DNA of 64,000 nucleotides from the NCBI GenBank assembly GCA_964016885.1, contig OZ024751.1:32426001-32490000 (forward strand), in the 5' to 3' direction. Source of the stretch: Eledone cirrhosa. Taxonomy: Eukaryota. Under the pieces are notes generated by a model. That model was not told where the DNA came from and did not search any database. It saw nothing but the letters and a program-made list of their open reading frames with translations. Positions 61,717 to 64,000 of the stretch are shown in pieces. The stretch's first letter is position 1, and each line of letters opens with the position of its first letter. The position numbers and the translations under genes were made by a program.

Positions 61717-61787
61717 TATTTTATTATGCGCATTTCAAAAACAAATATCATCATGCAATAACATTTGTGTTTTCATCAGATAAAATA
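61717..61787 (-). ncRNA. Minimal type-I hammerhead ribozyme on the filamin sense strand
   Basis: Minus strand: tattttat-CTGATGA-aaacacaaat...atatttgttttt-GAAA-tgcgca-TA-ataaaata; perfect 8-bp stem I; palindromic ATGCGCAT stem III. Confidence 0.8.
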
Positions 61788-62308
61788 GGAAGACATGATA
61801 TGAAGGTTAAAAACACTTGTGGATAGTGCAGTTTTAAATCAACATATGAAAAGTAGTTTTAGATTGATGTGTGATATTGGGGAAAAAAATGTTTGACGGG
61901 GGGGGGGGGGAGAGGAGGAGATGAGAGTAAAAAGTGGAGAGGGAGGAGTATAATGAGAAAGGATGAGATAGGAGGAGAGATGGGTGATAGAGAGAGAGAG
62001 ATAGCTTTTATAACTGAGAAAAATATATTGTTTTACATAGAGAGGTTGAAAAACCGTTGGAAGATAATGTATAAATTAAAAGAATTTGAAAATTAACGAA
62101 GAGAAAAATAATGTAAAGTTAAGGTTTGTATATTGAAGGGTTTAATAATATGTGCGATGGAAAGAAAATGTTGATATGTATTATTAAAAAAACAAAAGTA
62201 ATGTAAGTAAGGATATATTGTGAGATGAGCATGAGTAAGTTAGATGAAAGGGAGAAAAAAATAACGATATCTGCATTGCTTTATTGTACTACAATAAAAC
62301 TCACCTCC

Positions 62309-62391
<83 letters not shown>

Positions 62392-62553
62392 AGTAAGAAT
62401 ATTTTCGAAACAGCGAGTGGGTTTGAAATTATTCGAAATGTAAGCTATCGCCGTATTTTGACTAAAGAAATTAAAGAAATTATTTAGCCTGATAGTGGGG
62501 TTAAGAACCCTCGGAGAAATGGAAAAAGATGAGTATTGTACGTTTCTAATATA

Positions 62554-62643
<90 letters not shown>

Positions 62644-62681
62644 TGTATGAATATATATATATATGTATATATATATATATG

Positions 62682-62836
<155 letters not shown>

Positions 62837-62982
62837 TATGTATACGTACATACATATATGTATACAGACGTACAGTAGTATATATATATATATATACATA
62901 CATGCACACATATATATATATGTACGTATGGATTCACCGAACATTTATTAAATGCTCGGTGTGTTTGTAAACAAACATCCAG

Positions 62983-63118
<136 letters not shown>

Positions 63119-63158
63119 GGGGGGGAGATAGACAGGTAGAAAATACAATATTATTTAC

Positions 63159-63296
63159 CAGGCTTGGAAACTTTGTAAGAACAGATGAAAAGACCCTGTG
63201 TCCTTTCTTCAAAGGAAATTCTAGCCTTAGAGGGACCTTCAAGTGAAACAGTCATTGTAGATGGACCAGCTTCTTTGGTGTAGATATTGAAGACAT
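63159..63296 (-). CDS. FLN: Filamin exon (Ig repeat ~21)
   Basis: cttcag acceptor, gtaaat donor, 138 nt, phase 1-1: (N)VFNIYTKEAGPSTMTVSLEGPSKARISFEERTQGLFICSYKVSKP(G). Confidence 0.93.
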
Positions 63297-63526
63297 CTGA
63301 AGTGTAAAAAAGACGGTGATAACAATTAGTGTTTGTGAGGTGGAAAAGGAAGTGTAGCAAATAGGAAAATGGAGATGTGACTAACATGTGACAAACTTAT
63401 ATTAATATAAATGTACTCCATAGTTTAATATATGATGCAGCCTTTACGGAGATCTTTGCCTTACTAGACATAGCAAACAAACAGCAATAGAATTATGATA
63501 AAATGGGAAAGCTAAGTTTTTCTTAC

Positions 63527-63628
63527 TTTCAGCGTTGACTTCACCCTTCTCAAGACCAGGACCTCCAGCCTGAACTTTGTGGAATCCACCAGAACTCTGA
63601 CTACCAACACTATAGACGAACGGACTGC
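63527..63628 (-). CDS. FLN: Filamin exon (repeat ~20/21 junction); gene continues beyond the window
   Basis: tttctag acceptor, gtaaga donor, 102 nt, phase 1-1: (G)SPFVYSVGSQSSGGFHKVQAGGPGLEKGEVNAE; resembles FLNA GSPFQFTVG..GGAHKVRAGGPGLE. Confidence 0.93.
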
Positions 63629-64000
63629 CTAGAAAGATTGAAGGAAAAAGCAATTTAATTATGATGTGGTATACAAAACAAATTCTAGTTCATATTTCAT
63701 ATTTTCTTATATTTTTAGCATTTTCATTATTTCATTCATCAGTAATAAATACACATTTTCTCCACGACGCCGAAATATAGAAGGAGGTGGCTACATACAA
63801 AAAAGTAAACCATTATCTAAGGGAGTTATACCCTGGTAATGTTCATTTATATTTTAATAAGTATTCTTCTGCTACTTTTGCGTGACATCTTGGTAAAGGG
63901 AGATAATTAGAGCCTTGTGAATTGTTAAGTAATTGTTGATCAATCGTATATATTTGATAATAATGATGTTTTTCTTTGGCTCAGTTCAGAGGAAAATGAT

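Overview
AT-rich, microsatellite-saturated eukaryotic DNA. The repeat content (tRNA-derived Nin-domain and CORE-type SINEs, Penelope-like elements, R4/Dong-like and RTE LINEs, large (TA)n arrays) suggests a cephalopod such as Octopus; this is inference. One host gene can be assembled by eye: the last seven coding exons of a filamin on the minus strand (63628 to stop at 27278; Ig-like repeats ~21-24 plus hinge 2), all GT-AG with matching phases. A 24.9-kb intron at hinge 2 holds a candidate 12-nt in-frame microexon (47889-47900) and a candidate 3-nt exon or recursive splice site (58156-58158). The strongest hidden signal is about 15 type-I hammerhead ribozyme motifs (CUGANGA...GAAA...NUH) on both strands. 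Most are minimal, with a palindromic stem III. They sit in Penelope-like pseudo-LTRs or short non-coding derivatives inserted at (TA)n tracts, several of which form fold-back palindromes centred on (TA)n. Most ORFs in the supplied track are microsatellite artefacts. All calls were made by eye, without database searches.
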